Assembly: GCA_025363395.1 (NCBI GenBank)
Contig: JANYDX010000248.1
Location: 1-52,631, forward strand
DNA: 52,631 nt
DNA from: Verrucomicrobiota bacterium
GTDB lineage: Bacteria; Verrucomicrobiota; Verrucomicrobiia; Opitutales; Opitutaceae
Direction of reading: 5' to 3'
Positions 21,704-32,040 of the stretch are shown piece by piece. The translations under genes and the position numbers were made by a program. The notes beneath the pieces were generated by a model that saw only the letters and a list, made by a program, of their open reading frames with translations, was not told the origin of the DNA and did not search any database. Position 1 is the first letter of the stretch. The number at the start of each line of letters is the position of its first letter.

Positions 21704-22185
21704 GGTAATTTTGCCTTCAGCACTTTCGCCGTTTGCGCCGCGCGAAATTTCTTCCACGCGCCCTGGGTCTGGCGGTCGCTCTGGGCCAGCAGGGATGCGG
21801 CAAACAGGGCCGCGTTGATCGCCCCGGCCTTGCCAATCGCGAAAGTCGCTACGGGAACACCGCCGGGCATCTGGGCAATGGAGAGCAATGAGTCCAAACC
21901 TTTGAGCGCCTTCGACTCCACCGGGACGCCGAGCACCGGCAACGTGGTCAACGAGGCGACCATGCCCGGCAAATGAGCGGCCCCGCCCGCACCGGCAATG
22001 ATCAGCTTGAGTCCGCGACGTTCGGCCGATTCGGCGTAGCTGATCATCAGCTTGGGCGTGCGATGCGCACTGACCACGCGTTTTTCAAAGGGTACGCCCA
22101 GCGTGGTGAGGGTCGCCACCGTGTGCTGCATTGTCTCCCAGTCAGAGGAGCTGCCCATTATGATTCCGACGAGTGCTTTCGCCAT
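21700..22185 (-). CDS. purE: N5-CAIR mutase
   Basis: [38 protein letters not shown]. Confidence 0.97.
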   Translation of the reverse strand: MAKALVGIIMGSSSDWETMQHTVATLTTLGVPFEKRVVSAHRTPKLMISYAESAERRGLKLIIAGAGGAAHLPGMVASLTTLPVLGVPVESKALKGLDSLLSIAQMPGGVPVATFAIGKAGAINAALFAASLLAQSDRQTQGAWKKFRAAQTAKVLKAKLP

Positions 22186-22250
22186 AGGCAATCAAGGGAA
22201 GCCCCGACCGGGGCCGGTGTAAAGAATCGTTCTCGTTCCCCGAATCTTTC

Positions 22251-24080
22251 TCAGAGCAACGAGGTGCCACGCGGCACCCGGACGATGGTAGTCCCGGCAA
22301 TCTTGTCGTGCCACGACTGCCTTTCGTCGTCGAACGACACCCAGATGAAACCCAATCCGGCAACCACGAAGGACAGGAACGCGCTCAGGGCGCGCACAAT
22401 TGCCACGCTCCATTCAATCGGCCGGTCATCGACCCTGACCACCTTGAGCCCGCAAATGATGCCTCCAATCGTCGTACCCTTCGTGGTCCACATCACCACG
22501 TTATAAATGGCAAAACAGAGCGGGAAAGCACGATTCACCCTAAAGAACGCGCCAAGCACTCCGCCCAACATGCTGAAGAGAATGCCGACCATGATGACAT
22601 CGAGCAAGGTGGCCGCGAACCGGAGCCAGAAACCGGCCCTCGGGAGAGAAGCGGCGGAAATAACCAGGGGCAGTGGAGCGACATTCACCGCGGCCGCGAC
22701 ATCCCCCACCAGCGGCGGCGGAATCGCAGCACTAGTCATCGGAGCGGGCCGGGGTGGAGTAGGACGGTTGCTCTTAATCGAAAGCAAAAGCGTATAAACG
22801 ACCACCCCGACTCCAAGAATACCCAGGAGCTTATATACAATAAACCCAAGCACCGGGACGGTATACAGCCCCAGTACCACCAACCCTCCAATCAATACGG
22901 CAACCACTGCTGGCGCCTTTGCCTCCGCCCGAAAAAGTTTGGTGATTCGGCGACCGAGCCAGGCGAGCATGACAACTTTCCCGAAGAGCCCGGCGAAAAA
23001 CAATCCCAGGGTAAACAGCGGGATCAAAGCCACTCCGATGACAATAAACACCGTGAGGGCGAGCAGCACGTAAATCACCGGCGTCAGCAACATGACCAGC
23101 AGCCCCGCCAAAATCGATTTGCCCGGACGCTCCTCCAGCGTCTGCACACACTTAAAAACCGGACCCGACGCCACCAGCGCCACGAAGGCATAAAAGCCAA
23201 GATAACTCAGGGCGATCCACCACGCCCACATCAACTCCGGGCCAAAGGCCAGTGGCCGTCCATAAAACAGGCATTGGGTCACCCACGCCGAAATAGCGGA
23301 GCCGCCTAGCGGCATGCTCTGTACGTGCCCGTGCACGACCGCCGTGGGATCACGGATGATTTTCCCGCCCACGCTAACCAGTTCTCCTCCCACCACAGCG
23401 TCCGGTCCCAATTCAATGTTGCCCAAAACCGCCACGACGTTGCCGCGGATATGGGCGTTGACGTAATTGTTACCCAAAACTGCCACTGCCGCGTCGCCCA
23501 CGGTTCCACCGGTCACGCGGGTGTTCCCGAGAACCGATACGACCGCCTGGCCAACGTCGCCGGACGAAGTCGACGAACCCAGAACGGACACCACCGCCTC
23601 GCGCACCGTGCCCGCCGATGTGGATGATCCCAAAATAGAGACAACCGCCTCTGCTTCCTCACCCGCGGCAAGGGTGTTATTCTCCATGATTCTGACCGGC
23701 GGTCTGTCTCCATGGCGCTCCCACGAACTGCTCTTGGCGGGGCGCGGATGCTTGCCATTTTTTTCTTTGGTTGCGGGTTTGGCTGGCTGGATTTCTTCAC
23801 CCCGCGCCTTTTCCAGGGAATCCTGATTGTCATCTTCCGATCCGGCGATGACCGCTCTATCCGCCGCAGGCTTGTCGGTTTCGGTCGCCGCCGCGGGTGA
23901 AGCCGATTGAGCTGGTGGGGAAGCCTTGTCCGCTGGAGATGGCTCCACCGGAGCAGGCACAGAATTTTCCTCCTTGGGGGCAGGCGCTTGGGCGGCTGAA
24001 AGAATTTGAAGCCCTGGCAGGATTGCCAGCGCGAATGCCATCCAAAAGGCAAAAACGGAACGGGGCAGTTTGGATTTCAT
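22251..24080 (-). CDS. RDD-family membrane protein with N-terminal beta-helix (bactofilin-like) repeats
   Basis: Signal peptide, P/A-rich linker, about 6 'AVVSVLG' repeats, multiple TM helices, C-terminal RDD (AGFWLRFAATLLD...GLKVVRVD...QSWHDKIAGT). Confidence 0.8.
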   Translation of the reverse strand: MKSKLPRSVFAFWMAFALAILPGLQILSAAQAPAPKEENSVPAPVEPSPADKASPPAQSASPAAATETDKPAADRAVIAGSEDDNQDSLEKARGEEIQPAKPATKEKNGKHPRPAKSSSWERHGDRPPVRIMENNTLAAGEEAEAVVSILGSSTSAGTVREAVVSVLGSSTSSGDVGQAVVSVLGNTRVTGGTVGDAAVAVLGNNYVNAHIRGNVVAVLGNIELGPDAVVGGELVSVGGKIIRDPTAVVHGHVQSMPLGGSAISAWVTQCLFYGRPLAFGPELMWAWWIALSYLGFYAFVALVASGPVFKCVQTLEERPGKSILAGLLVMLLTPVIYVLLALTVFIVIGVALIPLFTLGLFFAGLFGKVVMLAWLGRRITKLFRAEAKAPAVVAVLIGGLVVLGLYTVPVLGFIVYKLLGILGVGVVVYTLLLSIKSNRPTPPRPAPMTSAAIPPPLVGDVAAAVNVAPLPLVISAASLPRAGFWLRFAATLLDVIMVGILFSMLGGVLGAFFRVNRAFPLCFAIYNVVMWTTKGTTIGGIICGLKVVRVDDRPIEWSVAIVRALSAFLSFVVAGLGFIWVSFDDERQSWHDKIAGTTIVRVPRGTSLL

Positions 24081-24093
24081 GAAGGAATAGGAA

Positions 24094-24558
24094 TCAATTG
24101 TTACGATAAAGGGTGCGGTAAGCTGCCGCACCAAGTCCAAAGAACGCGGCATAGAGCAGGCCAATCATCGCCAGCCCTCCGTAAAGCCAAAGGGACGGAA
24201 TGCTGACAAAGACCTGCGTGGAAAATGCCGCCATCCAACTGGCGACATGATAGATTTGCGTAAAAATGCCCAGTCGTGCGCCCGCCTGTGCCACGACGGC
24301 GTGTGGATCCACTCCGGCTGATCCGAAATAGAAAGCGGCGACAACCGCAGCCATGGCTCCCGTGGCCAGAACGAGAAAAGCGCTCCGCACGGCGGAGGGC
24401 CAGTAATTCCAAGACTGGTGATACCACGGAATCGTGGCGCGCTCCGCAATGGCCGCGAGCACCCGCGATTCGAGCGAGCGCGGCGCCGGGCGGCCGGGCA
24501 AACTGCGCAATTGTTCGTGGATAAATTTTTCAAGTTCTTCCGGAGTCATTTTGTTCAT
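24094..24558 (-). CDS. Putative membrane-bound anti-sigma factor
   Basis: Immediately downstream of the ECF sigma gene; N-terminal 'LRSLP.RPAP.SLESRVLAAI' helix followed by two TM segments. Confidence 0.65.
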   Translation of the reverse strand: MNKMTPEELEKFIHEQLRSLPGRPAPRSLESRVLAAIAERATIPWYHQSWNYWPSAVRSAFLVLATGAMAAVVAAFYFGSAGVDPHAVVAQAGARLGIFTQIYHVASWMAAFSTQVFVSIPSLWLYGGLAMIGLLYAAFFGLGAAAYRTLYRNN

Positions 24559-24567
24559 GGCTGCTCC

Positions 24568-25122
24568 TTATTTTTCAAAAACTTCGTGGGTGCTGCCGCT
24601 GCGCACCAGGATTTTGGCGAGCGCTTCGCGGCCGCGCAGGATGTCGGTTTTGACCTTGCTCAGGGATACACGCATTTTTCGGGCGATGTCGTCATACGGC
24701 AGATCTTCAAAATGAAAAAGAACCAGCGGCACCCGCTGATGTTCGGGGAGCTGCTCCAGCGCCCGCTCAATCCATGCACGCCGCTCCGCCGTATCAACGC
24801 CATGAAAAAACGTGTCGGGCGCGGCGAACTCCACTTCTTTCTCCGCTCCCTCGGCATCCCGGCGGACGAGATCGGAAAAAAAACTCCAGCGCTTTTTGTA
24901 CCGCTGGATGTGATTAATCGACAGATTCGTCGCCACCGTTTTTAACCAGCCGCCGGCGGTCGGACTCACGCTCAAATTGTCAAAATGCTGGTACGCTTTG
25001 AGGAAGACTTCCTGTGCAATATCCTCGGCTTGGGTTTCGTTGGCGATGAGTCGCACCGCGGTGGAATAAACCATATCCTGGTAATTGCGCATGAACGTAG
25101 TGAAGTCGGTCGGAGCCGTCAT
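24568..25122 (-). CDS. ECF-family RNA polymerase sigma factor
   Basis: Region 2 (YQDMVY...AEDIAQEVFLKAY...WLKTVATN) and region 4 (LEQLPEHQR..LVL..FEDLPYDDIA...VSLSKVKTDILRGR). Confidence 0.93.
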   Translation of the reverse strand: MTAPTDFTTFMRNYQDMVYSTAVRLIANETQAEDIAQEVFLKAYQHFDNLSVSPTAGGWLKTVATNLSINHIQRYKKRWSFFSDLVRRDAEGAEKEVEFAAPDTFFHGVDTAERRAWIERALEQLPEHQRVPLVLFHFEDLPYDDIARKMRVSLSKVKTDILRGREALAKILVRSGSTHEVFEK

Positions 25123-25336
25123 CTCCCGGATTGGGCCTTGGACTTTAGGGTCTTCATTCACGCCAAGAACACAGCTCAGAGCAGCATAGTTGCAGGAACC
25201 TCCTGCCATCCAAATCCCGTTGCGCCAAGCCCATAAGACCCGGACGTTAAAACACCGGCTCCGGATGGAATTCTTGGAGAAAAACCCGCCGCACGAGCCG
25301 TTGGTTTCCATCAAACCGAAGTCTCGGGCCTCAACC

Positions 25337-26068
25337 TTAATTAACCGACTTGGCTGACACCATCGGGCTGAGATTCTCCGGATGCGGCGTGACCCGCTTA
25401 AAATCGCTCCAGGCATATTCAATGCGTTCACCAAGCTTATTGACCACGACCTTGGCCGTCCCATCGGGCTTGGCCGCCGCAGGATCACCGGCCGTCTTCC
25501 GACTTTCCGCCGAATTCATTTGCATGTCAAAATCCACATCGAGCACGCGGGCCAGGCCCAATGCCACCCGAAACGGTTCATCAATTCCCGCCACGACGTC
25601 TTCAATGCCGAAGGTCGACCGGCTTACCGTGATGCGGAGGTCCACCTTGTCGACCGGGAAAAGCCAGCTGTTATTATTCCGCAATGGCACGTGATAACAC
25701 ACAGCCTGATCGGTCGATCTAATGATTCGGGCGTTTTCAAAATCCAGATAATCGTCGAGTGACTTGGGTGGCGTTTTCCGCTTTTTCGTTTTTCGCTTTT
25801 GCCATTCCGCGCGCTTTTGCCCGGTCGGTGGCTTTCCATTCACGGCGAGCAATTGCCAGCGCTCGAGGCCCGGTTTCGAGGGATCGTAGCGCTCAGAACG
25901 CTCCTCCTTCACGGCCCCGCCGTCGAACTCGCGGATCAAAACCGTAAACGCCCAATTGTCGCGCTCCCCGAGCCACTGCTCCACCGCTTTGCCCAGCAAT
26001 GCGGGCGTCTCCGCGCGAACGAAAGCCAGCGGCACCAGGAATAAAATGAGAAATGAAAAACGCTGCAT
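25337..26068 (-). CDS. Secreted hypothetical protein, paralog of 29760..30491
   Basis: Signal peptide (MQRFSFLILFLVPLAFVRA); shares DPSxP..W....NGKxPT and DFKRVxP motifs with the 29760..30491 protein. Confidence 0.7.
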   Translation of the reverse strand: MQRFSFLILFLVPLAFVRAETPALLGKAVEQWLGERDNWAFTVLIREFDGGAVKEERSERYDPSKPGLERWQLLAVNGKPPTGQKRAEWQKRKTKKRKTPPKSLDDYLDFENARIIRSTDQAVCYHVPLRNNNSWLFPVDKVDLRITVSRSTFGIEDVVAGIDEPFRVALGLARVLDVDFDMQMNSAESRKTAGDPAAAKPDGTAKVVVNKLGERIEYAWSDFKRVTPHPENLSPMVSAKSVN

Positions 26069-26141
26069 AGAAAGGCCAGTGGCCTCCCTACACTGACCAG
26101 CGGAGCGGCGAGTGGTTGCCGGTTTCCTTTTTGTCCTGAGG

Positions 26142-27390
26142 TCACTTCCGCAAAAGAATCGCCCCCGCATTGGAACGATCAAAAGCGCCTTCCCACCTGG
26201 CAATCACGATCATCGCGACTGCGTTGCCGCAAAGATTGGTCAGCGCCCGGGCTTCGGACATGAACCGGTCCACGCCGATCAACAGTGCCAGGCCGGCGAC
26301 GGGAATATGGCTGACCGAACCGAGCATCGCCGCCAGCGTGATAAATCCGCTGCCTGTGACCCCGCGGCACCCTTTGAAGTGAGCAGCAAAACTCCGAGGA
26401 TGGTGAGCTGTTGCATCAGGGTCAGCGGCGTGTGTTCGTCGCCTGTGCGACAAAAATCGCCGCCATCGTCAGGTAGATTGAAGTCCCGTCGAGATTGAAC
26501 GAATATCCGGCAGGTAACACGATGCCGACCACCGGGCGGGCGCAGCCCAGCTCCTCCATGCGCTCCAGCATCCGCGGTAAAACACTCTCCGAGGACGAAG
26601 TGCCCAGCACAATCAACCGCTCTTCCTTGATGCAGCCCAGCAGCCGGAAAATACTGAACCCGTGCAGGCGGGCAATCGCCCCCAACACGACAAACACAAA
26701 AAGTGCGCACGTGACATAGACGCACAGCATCAGCTTGCCCAACGAAAGCAGGGAGCCGGCGCCATATTTTCCGATCGTGAACGCCATCGCCCCAAACGCG
26801 GCCACCGGGGCAAACCGGGTAACCAGACCGACAATCCCGAAAAATACTTTCCCGACCTCCTGCAACCAATGCAGCACCGGCTGGGCCCGCTCATCCAGTT
26901 TTGCCAGCGCCAGGCCGAACAACACCGAGATGAGCAACACCTGCAAAATCTCGCCCTGCGCAAAGGCGCTGACAAAAGTGTCGGGAATGATGTGCAGCAA
27001 AAAATCCGCGACCGATCCGTGTTGCGCCGCAGTGGTGTATTGCGCGATGGTCTTCGTATCGAGCGAGGCGGCATCGGCGTTCAGCCCCACCCCCGGTTGA
27101 ATCCAGTTTACGACCAGCAGTCCGATGACCAGGGCGAGCGTCCTGACCACTTCAAAATAGAGCAGAGCCTCGAGGCCGACCCTGCCGATTTTTTTCAATT
27201 CCCCCATGCCGTCGATGCCCGTGACCACGGTCAGGAAAATGATCGGGCCGATCAACATCTTGATCAGCTTGATGAAAGCATCGCCCAGCGGCTTCATCGC
27301 CTCGCCCCACTCCGGTGCGCACTGCCCCAACACCACGCCCAGCACGATGGCCACCAGCACCTGTACGTAGAGGTGACGGAAGATTTTCAT
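26142..27390 (-). pseudogene. dctA: C4-dicarboxylate/H+ symporter DctA, frameshifted
   Basis: [31 protein letters not shown] and [12 protein letters not shown] are in frame 1. The continuation TPLTL...LLTSKGAAG and [10 protein letters not shown]...[14 protein letters not shown] is in two other frames: +2 slip in ACACAC near 26430 and -1 in a G run near 26361. Confidence 0.85.
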
Positions 27391-27411
27391 GCCGGGCGTT
27401 CCTGCGACCGC

Positions 27412-29232
27412 CTAATGTCCCGCGCCGGCCTGATGTTCCTGAATGTATTCCTGCTTGAGCCCGAGCTGTTCGGGCGCATGGAGCACCAGCATCTTCATGC
27501 GAATATCAGCAGGCACCGAAGCCGTCGTCGCCTTCGAAACCACCACCATGAGCGTGATCGCGACTGGCACGGTCCAGATCGCTGGCTGCTCACAGAGAAT
27601 GCGAAGCAAGGGATGGTGAGCCCAGAAACCATTCAGCGGCGCGAAGCCTGCAAACACTTTTCCCATCGGCCCCTTGTCGAGCGAGAGAGTGCTCAGATTG
27701 GTCAGTGCGGCCGCCACGAGCGCGCAGAGCCCGCCCGTGAGCATGCCGGTCGCGGCACCTTTCATCGTCATGCCGCGCCACCATACGCTCATAAAAAGCA
27801 GCGGGAAATAACTCGCAGCCGCGATGGCGAAGGCCTGGCCGACCATGAAGTTGATTTCCAGAAGTTCGACAAAGCAGCCGAGCACGATGGCCACGCCACC
27901 GATGAGCACCGCGGCAAACTTGAAAGCCATCAGTCGTTCCTCCGGCGTGGATTTTGGGCGCAGCATCCGGCCGTAGACGTCGTGCGCCAGCGCACCGGTC
28001 ATCGAAACGAGCAGGCCGCTGAACGTGCTCATGAATGCCGCGAACGCACCCGCGCAGGTGATGCCACTGAGGATCGACCCGAGCACACCGAACCGGGCGC
28101 CGAGTAGCGTGGGCAGTTCCAGCACCACCTTGTCGGTGCCCTTGGCTCCGACCCCGGAATAAAGTTCCGGCATCAAATTGCGACCGATCACCCCAAAGAC
28201 GGGCGGGAACACATAAAACACGCCGATGAGAATCATCACCCACATCGTGGTGCGCTTGGCTGCCACCCCGTTCGGATTGGTGTAGAACCGCACGAGAATG
28301 TGCGGCAGACCCGCGGTGCCACACACCAGCGCCATGATCAGCGAGTAAGTATAGAGTAGCGAATACGGCTTCTGATATTCCGCGAGATAAGCCGCGCGCT
28401 GCTCCAACGGCAGCGCCGCCGCCGCCGCGTTGACCGCCTTGGTCGTGAGCGGACCGAAAGGCGACACCCACGCCGTGTCGCGCGGAGCCTTTTCGACGAG
28501 CGGCTTGCGTGCGATGGTCTGAACTTCAGCCGCGGCTTGCGGCGCGAGTTTATCGCGACGGCCATCATCATTGGCGCCAATATGGGTGCCATAAAAACCA
28601 TAGACCGAGGCGAGCACGAAGATTGGGACGCTGATGGCGAAAAGCTTGATCCAATACTGCACCGCCTGCACGAGAGTGATGCCCTTCATGCCGCCCAGCG
28701 CGACATTGAGCGTGATCACCGCCCCCACGAGCACGACGCCAGCCCAATAAGGAATTCCTGGAAAAATATACGCCAGAGTCACGCCGGCACCTTTCATCTG
28801 CGGCATCGTGTAGAAGAAACCGATGAACAGCACAAAGCAGACGGCAATCTTGCGAAACAGCGGCGAATCAAAGCGGCCTTCCGCAAAATCGGGGATGGTG
28901 TAGGCGCCGAACCGGCGCAGCGGCCCGGCGATAAACAACAGCAGAAAAAGATAACCGCAGGCATAACAAACCGGATACCACAGCGCGTCGTAGCCCGACG
29001 ACATCACCATGCCGGCGATGCCCATGAACGAGGCGGCGGAAAGGTATTCGCCGGAAATGGCGGACGCATTCCAGCCCACCGACACCGAGCGGCCGGCCAC
29101 AAAAAAATCACTGGCCGTCTTCGAAGTCTTCGCCGACCGGAAGCCCATCCAGACCGTCACGAAAACGGTGATGAAGGAAAAGGTGAAGATCCATGGATCG
29201 ACCCCGTGGAGAAAAGCAAGATGGGTGGTCAT
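27412..29232 (-). CDS. Cation/acetate symporter, sodium:solute symporter family (ActP-like)
   Basis: DFFVAGR, NASAISGEYLSAASFMG, PLRRFGAYTIPDF, GTAGLPHILVRFYTNP. Confidence 0.9.
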   Translation of the reverse strand: MTTHLAFLHGVDPWIFTFSFITVFVTVWMGFRSAKTSKTASDFFVAGRSVSVGWNASAISGEYLSAASFMGIAGMVMSSGYDALWYPVCYACGYLFLLLFIAGPLRRFGAYTIPDFAEGRFDSPLFRKIAVCFVLFIGFFYTMPQMKGAGVTLAYIFPGIPYWAGVVLVGAVITLNVALGGMKGITLVQAVQYWIKLFAISVPIFVLASVYGFYGTHIGANDDGRRDKLAPQAAAEVQTIARKPLVEKAPRDTAWVSPFGPLTTKAVNAAAAALPLEQRAAYLAEYQKPYSLLYTYSLIMALVCGTAGLPHILVRFYTNPNGVAAKRTTMWVMILIGVFYVFPPVFGVIGRNLMPELYSGVGAKGTDKVVLELPTLLGARFGVLGSILSGITCAGAFAAFMSTFSGLLVSMTGALAHDVYGRMLRPKSTPEERLMAFKFAAVLIGGVAIVLGCFVELLEINFMVGQAFAIAAASYFPLLFMSVWWRGMTMKGAATGMLTGGLCALVAAALTNLSTLSLDKGPMGKVFAGFAPLNGFWAHHPLLRILCEQPAIWTVPVAITLMVVVSKATTASVPADIRMKMLVLHAPEQLGLKQEYIQEHQAGAGH

Positions 29233-29236
29233 GGCT

Positions 29237-29536
29237 TTAGCGTTTGACTGATTTTACCTCATCCTCTTCCAGCGCGATCGAGCGCTTGATGAAACGCCAC
29301 GAGATAATCCACACGAAGGGAAAAAAGAGAATTCCAAGGATAAGCCAGGTGAGCGTGAACCCCGCCACGCGTGTCGCCATTAGGGCGGGCGCGAAATAAT
29401 TGAGCAGCGGCATTCCCAGCAGCGCGATCAGGAACGTGGCCGCGCAGGCCACGGACAGTTTCAATTGGCGGCGCATCAGCAGGCGGAGGAACTCCTCGCT
29501 GTGCACAGTATCCGGGGTGGGCGGGGGCGTGGACAT
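29237..29536 (-). CDS. DUF485 (YjcH-like) small membrane protein
   Basis: Two TM helices, about 99 aa, directly upstream of the ActP-like transporter as in yjcH-actP. Confidence 0.75.
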   Translation of the reverse strand: MSTPPPTPDTVHSEEFLRLLMRRQLKLSVACAATFLIALLGMPLLNYFAPALMATRVAGFTLTWLILGILFFPFVWIISWRFIKRSIALEEDEVKSVKR

Positions 29537-29759
29537 TGGGCAGCACCATGCCGGCACGCCCAAGGCAGGCAACACGGTTTTTGTCTTCCAGTCACAACCA
29601 AGCTGGCGGAGTCCTTCTCAACCAATCCTGCGGGAGGTCGCTGCAGCTCCAAGCTTTGCCTTGTGGGAACGCTGGCGACCCGGCATGCCACCCCGCCCGC
29701 AAGAAGAGCGCCAATGTCCTCAGTGACGGACCACAACAAACCCCGCTTCTGCACCAACC

Positions 29760-30491
29760 TCAATAATCCAAAAACTGGAGCGGCGCGAGTTTCACGGAGA
29801 AACGTTCGCTGTAGGGCTTGACCCGCTTGAAGTCCGTCCTCGTCGCCGAGTAATTGCCTCCCACTTTGACAAACAAAATCGAGCCCTCACCATCAGCCCG
29901 CAGTGCGGTGATCGGAGGCGCAAACTGTGGATCTATGACACCAAAATCCATATCCGCCTCCCCTGACTTGAGTTTAAGGACGAACGCCAGCCGCATCGCT
30001 TCGCGCAGGCGCACCCCGACGTTTTCGAACGCCCGCCGCTCCTTGTTGACCCGGGCAGTCACCCGGAATTTTTCCGGCGGCAACCGCTGGTTGTCATTCT
30101 TGATCAGCGGCACTTCGTAGGTGACCACCGATGCCGTCTCTTCCACGACGGTGGCCTTCTCCACATCCAGTAACTCTCCCAGCGGACGCCGATTTTTCCG
30201 GCGCTTGTCGTGGTCTTTACGGTATTTTTCCACCTGCCGCTCCGTCGGTTCCTTGCCATTGATCTTCAATGGCGTCCATTGGGCTTCAAACGGCTGCGAA
30301 GGATCGTTGCGGACCACGACCTCCTCCTCGACCTTGCCATCCCGGTCCTTGTTGATGACGGTCTGGGTGTAAGCCCACCGCTCGGCATCGGCCGCATAGT
30401 TTTTTATCGCCGCCTGCAGCAAAGAAGGCGGTTCCGCCCGCACTACCGTTGCGACGCAGAGGGAAATCAGGATAATGAGCAATAGACGCAT
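29760..30491 (-). CDS. Secreted hypothetical protein, paralog of 25337..26068
   Basis: Signal peptide MRLLLIILISLCVATVVRA; the same 243-aa length and shared motifs with 25337..26068. Confidence 0.7.
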   Translation of the reverse strand: MRLLLIILISLCVATVVRAEPPSLLQAAIKNYAADAERWAYTQTVINKDRDGKVEEEVVVRNDPSQPFEAQWTPLKINGKEPTERQVEKYRKDHDKRRKNRRPLGELLDVEKATVVEETASVVTYEVPLIKNDNQRLPPEKFRVTARVNKERRAFENVGVRLREAMRLAFVLKLKSGEADMDFGVIDPQFAPPITALRADGEGSILFVKVGGNYSATRTDFKRVKPYSERFSVKLAPLQFLDY

Positions 30492-30620
30492 AATCGCTGA
30501 GAACCATGCGACAGAGTTTTGTTTCAGCAAAAACAAACCGCACTCATGCCTCTTCCGCCGGGCAGCCGACAACGACGAGCCCCACCCGGCGAATGAGACC
30601 GGCCAGCGCTTCCCTCCACA

Positions 30621-30685
30621 CCTGACATCCGGTTGACAAAGTTTTACGTGGCCATGACTCCTTCCGCGCGGTTTTAGTGTAATCT
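30621..30685 (+). promoter_or_regulatory. Regulon promoter copy A (phased TGAC/TTAC boxes + -10 TAATCT), probably leaderless
   Basis: TGAC 30623, TGAC 30634, TTAC 30644, TGAC 30655; TAATCT at 30680, 25 nt after the start of the last box; ATG at 30694. Confidence 0.7.
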
Positions 30686-30693
30686 CCGCTCGT

Positions 30694-32034
30694 ATGCGTA
30701 AGGCTCTTTTATCCCTGCTTCTGATCGTGCTGCCCTTCGGCTTGGCCTGGGGCCAGCCGCAGCTCACTCTCAATTCAGCCACGGACCGGGCGCTCTACCC
30801 CGAAAATTCGCGCAACCAGATCTATCTCGAGGTCCACATTGGCTCCTCCAAACAGAACCCCGCCCCTGAGACCGCTCCCGCGCCGGTCCGCAACATCGCC
30901 TTCGTCCTCGACCGGTCCGGCTCGATGGCCGGCGCACCCATCCAGGCGCTGCGCCAGGCGGTCTCCGCCACCCTCAATGCACTCACCGACCGCGACATCG
31001 TCTCCGTCGTGCTCTTTGGTTCGGAAGTAGAAACCTTGATCGAGGCAAAACGCCGGGACCAAATTGGCGACCTCGACACCCTGCTCGCCCAAATCGAACC
31101 GGGCGGCGGTTCGGCACTCTACGACGCGCTCAACCAAGGCGCCGCCCAATTACGCCGCTATGCCGGCTCCGCCACGCTCAACCACCTGGTGCTGGTCACA
31201 GACGGTCCGGCCACCAAGGGCCCGCGCGAGGCCGACGATTTTTTCCGGCTCGCCGAGGTGTTTGCCCGGGAGGGTATCACGCTTTCAACCATTGGACTGA
31301 GCCAGGATTTCAACGAGGATCTGCTCGCTGCCCTCGCCCGCATCGGCCACGGACATTTCCACTACGTTGACCAGCCGGGTAAACTCGTCGACGCCCTCCA
31401 GGCCGAGATCGCCCCGCTGCGCACGCTGGCCGCCCGCGACGCCGTTCTGTCCATCGAATTCGTTCCCGATTGCAAGAAAGTGGAAACCTACGGCTGGATT
31501 CCCGGTGAGCTCAAGGCGAACACGGCCACCTATCACTTTCCCTTCGTCTTCACGGATCAGGATCTGAGCGTTTTGGTTTCGGCGGAAATGCGCGACCGGC
31601 GTTTTGCGTACAACGTCGCCACCCTCCGGCTCCAATGGAAAAGCGCGGACGACGGCGCCACCCATGAACTGACGAAGCTCGTGCAAATCTCCCTCGTCAA
31701 CGACGAGCGGTTGAGCCGCGAATCCACCGACTCCGCCGTCGTCCGCACCACGGTCAACACCCTGATCAGCGAAGGCATGCAACAGGCGATCGAAGAGATC
31801 GACAAAGGGGACTTCCGCCGCGCCCTTCGCGCACTCCGCGGCGCCTTGCAAGATGCCCGCGGCCTCAACTACCCGCTCGACGACCCGCAGATCGAAGCGA
31901 AAATCAAGCAACTGGAAGTTTATCTCGCCGAGGTGCAGGCGCGCGGCCTGACCCAGCTCGACCGGAAAATTCTTCGCTCGGGTCTCTTCAACCAGTTTCA
32001 AACTCCGACCGCAGACGACCAGCCGGATCGCTAA
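30694..32034 (+). CDS. Secreted VWA domain protein (YfbK-like)
   Basis: Signal peptide; MIDAS motif VLDRSGSM, LVTDG, TIGL..DFNEDLL..LA..G.G.FHYV. Confidence 0.88.
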   Translation: MRKALLSLLLIVLPFGLAWGQPQLTLNSATDRALYPENSRNQIYLEVHIGSSKQNPAPETAPAPVRNIAFVLDRSGSMAGAPIQALRQAVSATLNALTDRDIVSVVLFGSEVETLIEAKRRDQIGDLDTLLAQIEPGGGSALYDALNQGAAQLRRYAGSATLNHLVLVTDGPATKGPREADDFFRLAEVFAREGITLSTIGLSQDFNEDLLAALARIGHGHFHYVDQPGKLVDALQAEIAPLRTLAARDAVLSIEFVPDCKKVETYGWIPGELKANTATYHFPFVFTDQDLSVLVSAEMRDRRFAYNVATLRLQWKSADDGATHELTKLVQISLVNDERLSRESTDSAVVRTTVNTLISEGMQQAIEEIDKGDFRRALRALRGALQDARGLNYPLDDPQIEAKIKQLEVYLAEVQARGLTQLDRKILRSGLFNQFQTPTADDQPDR

Positions 32035-32040
32035 ACCGCC

